From Chloroflexota bacterium (GTDB taxonomy: Bacteria > Chloroflexota > UBA11872 > VXOZ01): a DNA stretch of 64,000 nt. Below are positions 9,915-20,709 of this stretch, piece after piece. Every line of letters begins with the position of its first letter. Position 1 is the first letter of the stretch. The stretch spans positions 128,001 to 192,000 of the forward strand of contig OY760183.1 of assembly GCA_963663275.1 (NCBI GenBank), given 5' to 3'. Below the pieces are notes generated by a model. That model was not told the origin of the DNA, made no database searches, and worked only from the letters and a program-made list of their open reading frames with translations. A program made the translations under genes and the position numbers.

Positions 9915-10577
9915 AGACGCAGGTTACAAACCTGCGCTACCGGACGCCGGCGGTTGGACGCAGGTTGCAAACCTGCGCTACCCAGATATGGGGATGCTCC
10001 CCACCGTAGCGCGGGAGCTTGTCCCCCGCCTCTTCGCACACAGAGGGCTAACTCACGCTACCGGACGCAGGTTTCAAACCTGCGCTACCCGGAAATGGGA
10101 ACGCTTTCCCATCGTTGCCCGGGGGCTTGTCCCCCGCCGGTTCGTGTCATTCCGAGCGCAGCGAGGAATCTGGAGTTCATACTGTAACGAACCCTGGATT
10201 CCTCACTGCGCTCCGCTCCGTTCGGAATGACAGGTGTTCAAGGCGCGCGGGTGTGTCCCCACCGATGCCGCGCAAACGTAGCGCGGGGGCTTGTCCCCCG
10301 CCTCTTCGCACCCAGGGGCCTAACTCACGCTACCGGACGCAGGTTACAAACCTGCGCTACCCAGAAATGGGAACGCTTTCCCATCGTTGCCCGGGGGCTT
10401 GTCCCCCGCCGGTTCGTGTCATTCCGAGCGCAGCGAGGAATCTGGAGTTCATACTGTAACGAACCCTGGATTCCTCACTGCGCTCCGCTCCGTTCGGAAT
10501 GACAGGTGTTCAAGGCGCGCGGGTGTGTCCCCCAACGTTGCCGCGCAAACGTAGCGCGGGGGCTTGTCCCCCGCCTC
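9915..10577. repeat. REP mosaic including a ~272-bp tandem duplication
   Basis: Units start at GTAGCGCGGG 10006, 10278, 10551; each contains three REP families. Confidence 0.9.
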
Positions 10578-10758
10578 TCGTCCCGTAGGCAAGACCGCAT
10601 CGCACCTCGTAGGTAAACCGCTCAATGGGCGCAATTCCCTGTGGTACAATAGGGGCGCGCGCGGGCGGCATGAGTCTCGTTCGGCCTTGTGAGGCGCGCG
10701 GGCGGCATGAGTCCGGCTTGACTCCACGAGGCGCGTGCGCGCGCGGAGGACTTGTCAA

Positions 10759-12048
10759 TTGCTCGATTTCAAACAACACGGCATTGACGCGCAGCGCGGG
10801 ACGGAGCGCGCCGTGCTGGTCTGCGTCGCGCTGGGCGGCGCCGCCGAGCAGTGGCCGGTGCAAGAGTCGTTGGCGGAACTTGCCAGCCTGGCGCGCACGG
10901 CCGGCGCGGTCGTGGTGGAGACGCGCTCCCAGCGGCGGCGCAAGCCGGACACGGCAACCTTCATCGGCAAAGGCAAGGTGGAGGAGTTGCAGGCGCTGCG
11001 GCGGGAGCGGGCGTACGACCTGGTCATCTTCGATAACGACCTCACGCCCAGCCAGCAGCGCAACCTGGAAGAGCAACTGGACGTCAAGGTGCTCGACCGC
11101 ACGGCGCTCATCTTGGACATCTTCGCCACCCGCGCGCAGACCACCGAGGGCAAGTTGCAGGTGGAAATGGCGCAACTCACGTATCTGCTGCCGCGCCTCT
11201 CCACGCTTTGGGTCAAGTTCTCGCGCCTGGGCGGGGGCATCGGCACACGCGGGCCGGGCGAAACGCAGATCGAGGCCGACCGGCGGCTCATCCGCCAGCG
11301 GCTCGCCCACCTGGGGGAGCGGCTGGATACGGTGCGCGCCCGCCGCGCCCGCCAACGCGCCCGGCGCACCGGCAACGACGTGCCCGTGGCCTCGCTGGTG
11401 GGTTACACCAACTCCGGCAAGAGCACGCTGCTCAACGCCCTGACCCAGGCCGGCGTGCTGGCGGAGGACAAGCTCTTCGCCACGCTGGATCCCACCACCC
11501 GCCGGGTCAAGCTGCCCAACGGCCTGGAGGCGGTGTTCAGCGACACGGTGGGTTTCATCCGCCACCTGCCGCCCACGCTCATCGCGGCCTTCCGCGCCAC
11601 GCTGGAGGAAATCCACGCCGCCGACGTGCTGCTGCACGTGGTGGACGTCAGCCATCCGCAGTGCGAACGCCAGGCGGCGGCGGTCTACGCCACCCTGGCC
11701 GACCTGGGCATCGACGACAAACCGATCGTCACCGCCCTCAACAAGATCGACCGGCTGGAGGGTCTCGCGCCGAACCCGGCGGACTATCCCAATCCCGTGT
11801 TCATCTCCGCCCGCGACGGCGACGGCCTGGAAACGCTGTTGGCTACCGTTGCCGACACGCTGAGCGCGCACCTCTCGGTTGACGTGCGCGTGCGCATTCC
11901 GTATGCGGAGGGGCGTTTGGTCAGCCTCTTCCACCAGCGGGGCAGCATCCGGCGCGAGCGGCACGGCGCGGACGGCACCGAAATCGAAGGCACGCTGCCG
12001 CGCAAGTACTGGCCGGAACTGCGGCCGTACGCGCTCGGCTCACCCTAG
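10759..12048 (+). CDS. hflX: GTPase HflX
   Basis: [38 protein letters not shown]; TTG start after GGAGGA. Confidence 0.95.
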   Translation: MLDFKQHGIDAQRGTERAVLVCVALGGAAEQWPVQESLAELASLARTAGAVVVETRSQRRRKPDTATFIGKGKVEELQALRRERAYDLVIFDNDLTPSQQRNLEEQLDVKVLDRTALILDIFATRAQTTEGKLQVEMAQLTYLLPRLSTLWVKFSRLGGGIGTRGPGETQIEADRRLIRQRLAHLGERLDTVRARRARQRARRTGNDVPVASLVGYTNSGKSTLLNALTQAGVLAEDKLFATLDPTTRRVKLPNGLEAVFSDTVGFIRHLPPTLIAAFRATLEEIHAADVLLHVVDVSHPQCERQAAAVYATLADLGIDDKPIVTALNKIDRLEGLAPNPADYPNPVFISARDGDGLETLLATVADTLSAHLSVDVRVRIPYAEGRLVSLFHQRGSIRRERHGADGTEIEGTLPRKYWPELRPYALGSP

Positions 12049-12060
12049 CCCGCGCGGAGA

Positions 12061-13056
12061 GTGACACCCATCATGCCGCCCGCCGCCCGCACGCTCCCCA
12101 TCGTCTACACGCCGCGCCACCAACCCCACGCGCCGCGCATTGAGATTTCGCGCAATTTCGTGGTGGACCATCCGGAGGTGCCGGAGCGCGTGGAAGTGAT
12201 GGCCGACGCCCTGCGGCGGGCCGGTCACGCGGAGAGTTTCGTGGAACCGCGGGAGTATTCGTTCGACGCTGCCGCCGCGGTGCACGACGCCAGTCTCATC
12301 GAATTTCTGGAGACCACCACGCGCCGCCTGGCGCAGACCGACGGCGAATCGGTGCTGGAAACGCCGTACACCATCAGTCCCGACACGCCGCTGGCGGCGA
12401 ATACACTGGCGCAGGCGTGGCTGGCGTCGTGCGTGGCGCTCACCGGCGCGGAGATGCTGCTTGGCGGGCAGTCCCGCGTCTACGCCCTGGAGCGGCCGCC
12501 GGGGCACCACGCGGGACGCTACAAGTACGGCGGCTACTGCTACATCAACCACGCCGCCGTGGCGACCCACACGCTCAAGGCCCATGGCCGCGTCGCCGTG
12601 CTGGACATCGACTTTCACCACGGCAACGGCACGCAGGAGATCTTCTACGAGACCGACGAGGCGCTCTACGTGAGCCTGCACGGCCATCCCGCCTGGGCCT
12701 ATCCGCGCTTCAGCGGCTGGCCGGAAGAGACCGGCGCGGACGCGGGCGAAAACTACACCCTGAACCTGCCCTTGCCCATGTTCACCGCCAACGAGGCGTA
12801 CCTGGCGGCGTTCGCCCAGGCCCTGGAAAAAATCGCCTGGTACGCGCCGGCCTATCTCATTCTTTCCGCCGGCTTCGATACCCGCGCCGGCGATCCGGTG
12901 GGCGCGTTCTCGCTGACGGACGAGTGCTACCAGGCCATGGGGGAAGCGTTGGCCGCGCTCGGCGTGCCGATCCTGGCGGTGCAGGAAGGCGGCTACGACC
13001 TGGAGGGCCTGGGCAAAGCGGTGCTGGCGCTGGTGGACGGCCTGGCCCAGCCCTGA
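12061..13056 (+). CDS. Histone deacetylase family / acetylpolyamine amidohydrolase-like
   Basis: HPEVPER, RPPGHHA, GGYCYIN, LDIDFHHGNGTQ, SAGFD, QEGGY. Confidence 0.9.
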   Translation: MTPIMPPAARTLPIVYTPRHQPHAPRIEISRNFVVDHPEVPERVEVMADALRRAGHAESFVEPREYSFDAAAAVHDASLIEFLETTTRRLAQTDGESVLETPYTISPDTPLAANTLAQAWLASCVALTGAEMLLGGQSRVYALERPPGHHAGRYKYGGYCYINHAAVATHTLKAHGRVAVLDIDFHHGNGTQEIFYETDEALYVSLHGHPAWAYPRFSGWPEETGADAGENYTLNLPLPMFTANEAYLAAFAQALEKIAWYAPAYLILSAGFDTRAGDPVGAFSLTDECYQAMGEALAALGVPILAVQEGGYDLEGLGKAVLALVDGLAQP

Positions 13057-13074
13057 CCGGCTGCCTCCTCACCT

Positions 13075-13233
13075 CAATGCTGCCGCATTAATCCCGTGCC
13101 CAAACCGTTCGCCCTGAGCCTGGTCGAAGGGTGAGCGGCTTGGGCACGGAGTCGTCCGTCTCAACAACGTAGGGGCACGGCATGCCGTGCCCCTACGTTG
13201 TTGCTCGCTAATGTGCGGTGCGGGGCGCCATCG
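13075..13233. mobile_element. MITE-C copy (TIR CAATGC...) with 11-bp target duplication
   Basis: CCTCCTCACCT|CAATGCTGCCGCA...GCGCCATCG|CCCCCTCACCC; cargo is two REP hairpins; right TIR degenerate. Confidence 0.6.
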
Positions 13234-13265
13234 CCCCCTCACCCCGGCCCTCTCCCCCAGGGAGA

Positions 13266-13414
13266 GTTGACAGGGGTAGGCAACTGTCATTCCGAGCGGA
13301 GCGAGGAATCTAGAGTTGCTGGAATTACGGGTCCCCCCTCTAGATTCCTCTCTCCGCTGCGCTCCGCTCGGAATGACATGCTAAGCCGGCTCAAGTTTGC
13401 CTACTCCTGTCGGC
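13266..13414. mobile_element. MITE-B copy with 9-bp target duplication in a CCCTCTCCC hairpin
   Basis: CCAGGGAGA|GTTGACAGGGGTAGGCAA...TTGCCTACTCCTGTCGGC|CCAGGGCGA. Confidence 0.8.
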
Positions 13415-13438
13415 CCAGGGCGAGGGGGGTAAGAACGC

Positions 13439-14311
13439 CTACCCGAAGCGTCCGGTGATGTAGGCCTCGGTGCGTTCGTCGGTGGGGTTGGTGAAGAGGT
13501 CCGTGGTGGGGCCGAACTCGATCAGCTTGCCCCGCGCCCTGTCGTCGGAGAGCATGAAAGCGGTGTAGTCCGAGACGCGGGCGGCCTGCTGCATGTTGTG
13601 GGTCACGATGATGATCGTGTAGTCCTTGGCCAGTTCCCGCATCAGGTCTTCGATCTTCAGGGTGGCGATCGGGTCCAGCGCCGAGCACGGCTCGTCCATC
13701 AGCAGCACTTCCGGCGAAACCGCGATGGCCCGGGCGATGCAGAGGCGCTGCTGCTGGCCGCCGGAAAGCGCCAGGCCGCTCTGCTTCAGGTCCTGCTTCA
13801 CCTCGTCCCACAGGGCCGCGCCGCGCAGGGCCGCTTCCACCAGCTCGTCCTCATCCGCCTGGTAGCCGTTGATGCGCGCGCCAAAGAGGATGTTGTCGCG
13901 GATGGAGCGCGGGAACGGGTTGGGTTTCTGGAAGACCATGCCGATGCGCCGCCGCACTTCCACCGGGTCGATCGTGTCCGCATAGATGTTGGCGCCTTCC
14001 AGCAGCACGTCGCCCGCGGTACGCACGCCGCCGATGAGTTCGTTCATGCGGTTTATGCCCCGCAGGAGCGTGCTCTTGCCGCAGCCGGAGGGGCCGATCA
14101 CGGCCGTAATCTTCTTGCGCGGGAACTTGATGGTAACGTCCGTCACCGCGCGGAAGTCGCCGTACCACAGGCTGAAGTCGTTCACTTCCACCGCGGGATC
14201 GGGAATCGCCGCGGGAGCGTCTTGGGGCAACTCAACGGGGATCGAATGCTCTATCACAGTTTCGACCGCACTCTCTTCTGTCCTGGTCTTGACGAAGGGT
14301 ACCTTTATCAT
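13439..14311 (-). CDS. pstB: Phosphate ABC transporter ATP-binding protein
   Basis: [47 protein letters not shown]. Confidence 0.95.
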   Translation of the reverse strand: MIKVPFVKTRTEESAVETVIEHSIPVELPQDAPAAIPDPAVEVNDFSLWYGDFRAVTDVTIKFPRKKITAVIGPSGCGKSTLLRGINRMNELIGGVRTAGDVLLEGANIYADTIDPVEVRRRIGMVFQKPNPFPRSIRDNILFGARINGYQADEDELVEAALRGAALWDEVKQDLKQSGLALSGGQQQRLCIARAIAVSPEVLLMDEPCSALDPIATLKIEDLMRELAKDYTIIIVTHNMQQAARVSDYTAFMLSDDRARGKLIEFGPTTDLFTNPTDERTEAYITGRFG

Positions 14312-14333
14312 ACTGTGCTTTCCCTCCCGCGGG

Positions 14334-15233
14334 CTAGTATCTGGTGCGTAGGCGTTGGCGGAGATAGATGGCGGCTGAGTTCAGCGCAATCAGGACGACG
14401 AGCAGCACGATGATACCGGCCGCCGCCAGATCATGGAACTCCGATTGCGCGCGCGAAACCCAGTTGAAGATCTGTATCGGCAGCACGGTGAAGCGGTCGA
14501 GCGGATGCTCCGGCAGGAACGGCACGAACGTGAGCGCGCCAATCGTGATGAGCGGCGCGGTCTCGCCAATGGCGCGCGCCGCCGCCAGAATCGCGCCGGT
14601 GAGCATACCGGGCAAGGCATAGGGCAAGACGTGGTGGCGCACGGTCTCCCACTTGGAAGCGCCCAGGGCGAAAGAAGCCTCCCTCATGCTCGGCGGCACG
14701 GCGCGAATGGCCTCGCGGGACGCGACGATGATGATGGGCAGGATGAGCAGCGCCATGGTGCACGAACCGGCCAGCACGCTGCGCCCCATCTCCATCCAGC
14801 GCACGAAGACTTGCAGTCCCAGCAAGCCGTAGACGATGGAAGGCACACCCGCCAGGTTGGCGATGTTCACCTGGATGAACTGGGTGAACCAGTTGTCGCC
14901 GGCGTATTCTTCCAGATAGATCGCCGACATGACCCCAATCGGCACGGCGAGCAGCATGGTAAAGGCCATCATGTAGAGCGTGCCGAAGAGCGCGGCCTTG
15001 ATGCCGGCCCGCTCCGGGAAGCGCGAGTCGAAGCTGGTGAAGAACTGCCAGTCCAGCCAGCCGGTGCTCTGCACGATAACGTCCACCAGGAGCACCAGCA
15101 GCGTGATGACTCCCAGCAGCACGCTCAGCAGTCCCAACACCACGAAGAAGTGGGACTTGGCGCGGCGCCACGCCATGCTGGCGCTAAAGGTCGGCCCGCC
15201 GGTCGTGCCCAGTGTTTCAGTTTCTTGCGCCAT
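14334..15233 (-). CDS. pstA: Phosphate ABC transporter permease PstA
   Basis: [38 protein letters not shown]; ATG overlaps the pstC TGA. Confidence 0.9.
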   Translation of the reverse strand: MAQETETLGTTGGPTFSASMAWRRAKSHFFVVLGLLSVLLGVITLLVLLVDVIVQSTGWLDWQFFTSFDSRFPERAGIKAALFGTLYMMAFTMLLAVPIGVMSAIYLEEYAGDNWFTQFIQVNIANLAGVPSIVYGLLGLQVFVRWMEMGRSVLAGSCTMALLILPIIIVASREAIRAVPPSMREASFALGASKWETVRHHVLPYALPGMLTGAILAAARAIGETAPLITIGALTFVPFLPEHPLDRFTVLPIQIFNWVSRAQSEFHDLAAAGIIVLLVVLIALNSAAIYLRQRLRTRY

Positions 15234-16175
15234 CAGTCGTACTCCTCCCGGAAGCGGCGGACGAACCAGTGAGCGAATATGTTCATGGCAAAGGTCAGGA
15301 AGAAGAGCATGGTGCCCACGGCGAAGATCGTGCGGTACTCGAGCGAAGCGAAGGGGGTGTCCCCAAGGCTCACCTGCACGATGTAGGCCGTCATGGTCTC
15401 GATCGGCACGCGCGGGATCAAGGGTGAAAGTGGGGTTCTGGCCCGCCGCGATGGAGACGATCATGGTCTCGCCCACGGCGCGGGAGAGTGCCAGCACCGC
15501 CGAGGCCACGATGCCGGAGAGCGCCGCCGGCACCACCACTTGCAGCGCCACCTCGAAGCGCGTGGCGCCCAGGCCGTACGCGCCCTCACGCAGAGCCTGG
15601 GGCACCGCGCCAATGGCGTCCTCGCTCAACGAGGCTACCATGGGAATAATCATGATGCCCATCACGATGCCGGCGCTCAAGGCGTTGAAGATGCGCATCC
15701 CCGGTATGAACTCTTGCAATATGGGCGTGACCAGCGTGAGCGCAAAGTAGCCGTACACCACCGTGGGCACACCGGCCAGCACTTCCAGCACGGGCTTGAC
15801 GACGTCGCGCACCCGGGGGCTGGCAAACTCGCTGAGGTAGATGGCGATGAGCAGCCCGGTGGGAATGGCCACCGCCAGCGCGATAAAGGCCACCAGCGCC
15901 GTGGCCGTCACCAGCGGCCAGATGCCGAATTTCTTTATGAGGAAGAGCGGGGTCCACTCGGTCTCGGTGAGAAATTCGACGATCGACACTTCGCGAAAGA
16001 AGAGCAGCGTTTCTCCGGTGAGCGAGAGGAGGATGCCGAACGTCGTGACAATCGAAAGCGTCGCCGTTGCCAGCAGCGCATAGCGTATCGCCTCCTCCTT
16101 CAGGTTGCGGCTCGCCCGTTTGCTCATGTCGTTGCGCGACGGGTAGTGTGAGAACGGGGATACGTCCTCGGCCAT
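15233..16175 (-). pseudogene. pstC: Phosphate ABC transporter permease PstC, frameshifted by one extra base at ~15414-15416
   Basis: [10 protein letters not shown] and RAVGETM in one frame; conserved C-terminus ([13 protein letters not shown]...FREEYD) in another frame; may be a sequencing error. Confidence 0.85.
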
Positions 16176-16422
16176 CGAAACTCCTCTCTTCACGGCTGCC
16201 AGCGTTGTGCCGCAACCGTGCTGCCTGTCAATTCAATCAGTAGACCGCTTATTTCACCGGCTCAGCGCGCCGGCAGAGTCGGCCCCGGCCTTCTCCCAGA
16301 AGGAGCGTTCCGGCAGCGCCTCTTCAATTATACCGGCAAGCGGCGCTGCGAAAATCTTCCGCCGCTTGCCTTGCGGGGCGCGGGGAGCGCGGCCTGGCGC
16401 TCCCCGCTGCCCGTTCCGAACG

Positions 16423-17451
16423 TTACTGTAGGTATCGGTCGAGCGATGCCCCAACCTCGGCGCCGTTGGGCCACAGCGTGCCCGTGACGCGGTCGGCGAA
16501 GCGCTTGGTCAGCGCCGCGTACACGTCGTCGCCAAGCTGCACGTAGCCGACTTCCGGGCTGGAAATCAGCGGCGTGAACTCCGGGCTCAGGTAGAACTTC
16601 ACGAAGGCGTCCACCTCGGGCCGTTCGGCCGCGTCGGTCCGCACGTAGATGAAGATCGGGCGGCTCAGCGGCTGGTAACTGCCGTCGGCGACCGTGGCGA
16701 ACGTGGACTCCACGCACACGCCGTTACCGGAGTCGATCGGCACGCCCCGCACCTTGTCGGTGTTTTCCACGTAGTAGGAGAGGCCGAAGTAGCCGATGGC
16801 GCTCCTGCTGCCGGAGACGCCGGTCACGAGCACGTTGTCGTCCTCGCTGGCCTGGAAGTCGCCGCGGCTGGATTGCGCCTCGCCCACAATCGCCTCTGTG
16901 AAGTAGTCGAACGTGCCGCTATCCACGCCGGGAGCGAAGAGGTCCAGCGGCAGGTCCGGAAAACCGTCGCGGATCTGGTTCCAGTTCGTGATTTCGCCCT
17001 GCGCCGCCGGTTCCCACATCTTCTTCAATTCGTCCACCGTCAGGCAGTCTACCCAATCGTTCTCCGGATGCACCACCACGGTCAGGCCGTCATAGGCCAC
17101 CGGCAGTTCGATGAAGTTATAGCCGGCCGCGGTAACCGCCTCAAGCTCCGAAGGCTTGATCGGCCGCGAGGCGTTCGAGATGTCGGTCTCTCCGGCGGAA
17201 AACTTCTTGAAACCGCCGCCCGTGCCGGAGACGCCCACGCTCACGCGCACGCCGGTGTGCTTCAGGCTGAACTCTTCGGCGGCGGCCATGGTGATGGGAA
17301 AGACCGTGCTGGAGCCGTCGACGATGATGTCGCCCTTCAGGCCGTCGTCAGAATCGTCGCCCCCGCCGCAGGCGGCAAGCATGGCGAAACCCGCCAGGCT
17401 CGCCGCGGCAAAGGTGAATTTCCGTCTGCTCATCCGAAGCGGTGCTGTCAT
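16423..17451 (-). CDS. pstS: Phosphate ABC transporter substrate-binding lipoprotein
   Basis: [30 protein letters not shown]; lipobox LAAC; RBS AAGGAGG. Confidence 0.92.
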   Translation of the reverse strand: MTAPLRMSRRKFTFAAASLAGFAMLAACGGGDDSDDGLKGDIIVDGSSTVFPITMAAAEEFSLKHTGVRVSVGVSGTGGGFKKFSAGETDISNASRPIKPSELEAVTAAGYNFIELPVAYDGLTVVVHPENDWVDCLTVDELKKMWEPAAQGEITNWNQIRDGFPDLPLDLFAPGVDSGTFDYFTEAIVGEAQSSRGDFQASEDDNVLVTGVSGSRSAIGYFGLSYYVENTDKVRGVPIDSGNGVCVESTFATVADGSYQPLSRPIFIYVRTDAAERPEVDAFVKFYLSPEFTPLISSPEVGYVQLGDDVYAALTKRFADRVTGTLWPNGAEVGASLDRYLQ

Positions 17452-17624
17452 CGCATTCCTCCTTGTGGTGTTCGCTGCGACAGCACTCTGTTCCTCGCGT
17501 CCGGCTGCCCGGCGCGGCGCGCTGCGGGCGGTTCCGCGCCGTGGGCCGCATAGAGGCCGGCCCCTGCAATCGTACGCCATTGCAGCCAGGCGGGGAACAG
17601 AGCAAATCCCTACAACAGTGAGGC

Positions 17625-17698
17625 AGATTAGCACGGGGTCCTCAGGCGCGGCAATGCGGCGGCGGCGCGCGTTAACAATGGGATAAAGAAGCGGGAAA
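17625..17698 (-). promoter_or_regulatory. Candidate pstS promoter with upstream 11-nt-spaced Pho-box-like units
   Basis: TTGCCG-N18-TAATCT with extended TG; upstream TTTCC/TTTAT/GTTAA at 11-nt period. Confidence 0.4.
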
Positions 17699-17936
17699 TT
17701 GGCGCTATGACTGGGATCGACGCTCCTCCGGCGGCGCGCCGCGAAACACCGCCAACCACCGCCGGACGGCGGCATATAAGGCGTTGCGCGGCCTGCCGGA
17801 CTCGCTCAGCCGCGCGGCGGACGTTCATCAGATGTTCACACAATGCTTATGGGGCGTACACATTGCGGCGGCGGGGCGCGGCAAGCGGGCGGCCGGGGCC
17901 GTGGGGAAGCCGGGGCGCGAGGGCGGCGTCTTGCCG

Positions 17937-18944
17937 CTAGCGCCAGTCGAAGAGCACGCCCAGGGAGTCTTCGCCGCCGTCCGCGAGCATGGCGTAGACG
18001 GCGCCCGCTTCCGCCGGAGGCGCGGCGTGGGTGATCAGGTGCTCCACGTTCAGTTCCCCGGCCGCGAGCATCGTCAGGTAGAGACAGCGGTGGCGCTGCT
18101 GTGTCCAGGGCGTTTGCGGTGTGGCCGCCGTGGGCGTGAGCGGCTGGTAGACCCCCATCAACGTGAGTTCGCGCCGCGCGAAGTCCGGGTAGAGGTTCAA
18201 CTCCACCCTGCCGAGCGGCGTGCCCAGCACGACGATGACGCCGCGCGTAGCGGCAACGCGCAGATTCGCCGGCAGCGCGTGGGGCGCGGGCACGGCGTCG
18301 TAGACGCGCTCCACGCCGTTGCCGCCGGTGGCGGCCATGACGGCGGCGCGCACGTCCTCGCGGGCGGCGTTTATCGTCAGGTCCGCGCCGCTGCGCCGCG
18401 ACCTCTCCAGGCGAAAGTCCAGCACGTCGGTGGCAATCACCGGAGCGCAGCCGGCCGCTTTCAGAAATTGCACGATGAGTTGTCCGATTACGCCCTGGCC
18501 GGCCGCCAGGGCGGCGTGGCCGATTTCGGGCGGCGCGCGGCGGACACCGGCCAACGCCACCTGCGCCAGCACGCCCAGCGCGGCCTGGTCGGACCGCACG
18601 CCGGCGGGAACGCGGTCGATGGCGTCGGAGTCCACCGCGCGCAAGTAGTGGCTGGCGTGGTTCGCCATGGTGAGGACGCGCTCCCCCGGCGCGAAGGCAT
18701 CGACGCCGGTGCCGCGCTCCAGTATCGTGCCGACGCTGGCGTAGCCCGGCCGGGCGGGAAACGGGCGCTGCGGCACGCCGGAATCGGCAAAGGTGTGCAT
18801 GTACCGCTTGCGTTCCGTGCCGGCGCTGATGCAACTGTATTCCGCCCGCACGAGCACCTGGCCGGGTCCCGGCGCGGGAATGGGAAACTCCTCCAGCACA
18901 GCCGCGTGCGCGCGGGGAAAGACCACAACCCTGCCGCGTTCCAT
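17937..18944 (-). CDS. MDR/zinc-binding dehydrogenase family oxidoreductase
   Basis: PGPGQVLVR, SCISAGTE, PGYASVG, GQGVIG, LITH; RBS AGGAGG. Confidence 0.85.
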   Translation of the reverse strand: MERGRVVVFPRAHAAVLEEFPIPAPGPGQVLVRAEYSCISAGTERKRYMHTFADSGVPQRPFPARPGYASVGTILERGTGVDAFAPGERVLTMANHASHYLRAVDSDAIDRVPAGVRSDQAALGVLAQVALAGVRRAPPEIGHAALAAGQGVIGQLIVQFLKAAGCAPVIATDVLDFRLERSRRSGADLTINAAREDVRAAVMAATGGNGVERVYDAVPAPHALPANLRVAATRGVIVVLGTPLGRVELNLYPDFARRELTLMGVYQPLTPTAATPQTPWTQQRHRCLYLTMLAAGELNVEHLITHAAPPAEAGAVYAMLADGGEDSLGVLFDWR

Positions 18945-19015
18945 GAACCCCTCCTGTCCGGCGGCAAATCTCGTTGGCCGCTCTCCTGTCAACGTAAAAT
19001 CAATCCCCGCCCCCG

Positions 19016-19390
19016 GTAGGGGCACGACATGTCGTGCCCCTACCGGGGGTTGGCGGATGTCGTGCCCCTACGGGCGCAATGTCCGCATCGTACCCCCACC
19101 GCCGCAAACCGCTCCACGTATCCCCATCAGCCCAATGCGCGCCCCGCACGCGGGGGCTTGTCCCCAATGCCTTCGCCAAGAACTAATGAGCATTGTACTA
19201 CCCGTTCGTGCTGAGCCTGTCGAAGTATGAACGGGTAGTACAATGCGCCAACACCAACCCGCCGTTCACCTTTCGACAGGCTCAAGGCGAACGGCTGCGC
19301 GGAGGCCTGTCCCCATCGGTTTCCCTACACCGTAGCGCGGGGGCTTGTCCCCCGCCTCCTGGCGCAGGTTACAAACCTACGCTACCGGAT
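19016..19390. repeat. REP cluster including a truncated MITE-C (from 19165) inserted in a REP loop
   Basis: GTAGGGGCACGACATGTCGTGCCCCTAC; GGGCTTGTCCC|CAATGCC followed by a CCGTTCGTGCTGAGC REP pair. Confidence 0.8.
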
Positions 19391-19424
19391 CCGCCTCGCA
19401 ACACGGCCGCTTGCCGCACCGTCC

Positions 19425-20537
19425 TTACAGGAAAACCATATTATTGCGGTGCACGGCCTCATCGCCGAAGGACTCCGGCAGCAGCGTAGCGATTTCGCTG
19501 GAATTCCTGCCCATGATCTTGCGCAGTTCATCGGACGGATAGTTCACCAGGCCGCAGGCGAAGGCGTCGCCGCCCGCGGCGCGGATTTCCACCGTATCGC
19601 CCCGCTTGAACGCGCCCTCCACCGCGATGATGCCGGCCGGCAGGAGGCTGCGCCCGTTCTTCAGGAGCGCGTTTGCCGCGCCGGCGTCGACGACGATGCG
19701 GTGGCCGCGCGCGAGGTCCGACGCCATCCAGGCTTCCCGCAGCCGCTTCGTGCGGCTGACCTTGCTGGCAAAGCGGGTGCCGACTTCCTCGCCCGCGGCC
19801 ACGGCCAGGATCACGTCGGGAATAGTGCCGCGGCAGATAACCACGTCGGTACCCGCGGCGGTGGCCATGCGGGCGGCCTTGATCTTGGTCGCCATGCCGC
19901 CCACGCTGCGGGCGGAACCGGCGCCGCCCGCCATCCGCTCGACTTCGCGGGTGATGCTCTGCACCACCGGCACGTGGGTCGCGGCGGCGTCGTTGCGTGG
20001 ATCGGCGGTGTAGAGGCCCTCGATATCGGTAAGCAACACGAGCAGGTCGGCGTCCACCAGATTTGCCGCGAGAGCCGACAGGGTATCGTTGTCGCCGATT
20101 TGCTGGAGTTCGGCCACGGCCACCACGTCGTTCTCGTTGCAGATCGGCAAGACCCCGGCTTCCAGCAGTCCCAGCAGGGTATTGCGCGCGTTCAGGTAGC
20201 CGTCGCGTTCCAGCGTCGTGTGCGTGAAGAGCGCCTGGGCCACCGCAATGCCGTGGGGCGCGCAGAGTTCGGCGTAGGTGCGCATGAGGAGCGGCTGGCC
20301 GATGGCGGCCAGTATCTGACGGGCCGGAATGCCCTTGCCGCGCGGCGTCGTGGCCCCGGCGCTGGCGCCGGCCGCCACCGCGCCGGAAGTAACCAGCACC
20401 ACCTGCTTGCCTTGTTCGCGCAAGGCGGCAATCTGGCGCACGTAGTCCGCCATGCGCGCGCGATTCAGGCGTGTACCGCTATCCGTGAGAAGATTCGTGC
20501 CGACCTTGATGACGATGCGCTGCAATGCTGGCGACAT
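19425..20537 (-). CDS. proB: Glutamate 5-kinase with PUA domain
   Basis: VIKVGT, SGAVAAG, NEND, GDNDTL, GGMATK, SLLPAG, HRNNM. Confidence 0.95.
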   Translation of the reverse strand: MSPALQRIVIKVGTNLLTDSGTRLNRARMADYVRQIAALREQGKQVVLVTSGAVAAGASAGATTPRGKGIPARQILAAIGQPLLMRTYAELCAPHGIAVAQALFTHTTLERDGYLNARNTLLGLLEAGVLPICNENDVVAVAELQQIGDNDTLSALAANLVDADLLVLLTDIEGLYTADPRNDAAATHVPVVQSITREVERMAGGAGSARSVGGMATKIKAARMATAAGTDVVICRGTIPDVILAVAAGEEVGTRFASKVSRTKRLREAWMASDLARGHRIVVDAGAANALLKNGRSLLPAGIIAVEGAFKRGDTVEIRAAGGDAFACGLVNYPSDELRKIMGRNSSEIATLLPESFGDEAVHRNNMVFL

Positions 20538-20709
20538 GTTCCGCTTGCCATAGACCTGATGGGAGAGACTCATCCATATTCGAACAGAATACCAAGCCCG
20601 CCATGTTGCACGAAAGCGGTGTGATTGGGCAAGATAATTCTAGCACGGCGGTTCTTGGCGCGCGCAGTGCGGAGCCGGGGCAAACGAACAGAGGCGAGAG
20701 AATGGAATT

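Noticed and set aside
9689-10727. Short ORFs in repeat clusters ([32 protein letters not shown] peptides; also near 19.2, 21.7, 27.5 and 48.9 kb)
   Set aside because: These are recurrent translations of REP sequences, not genes
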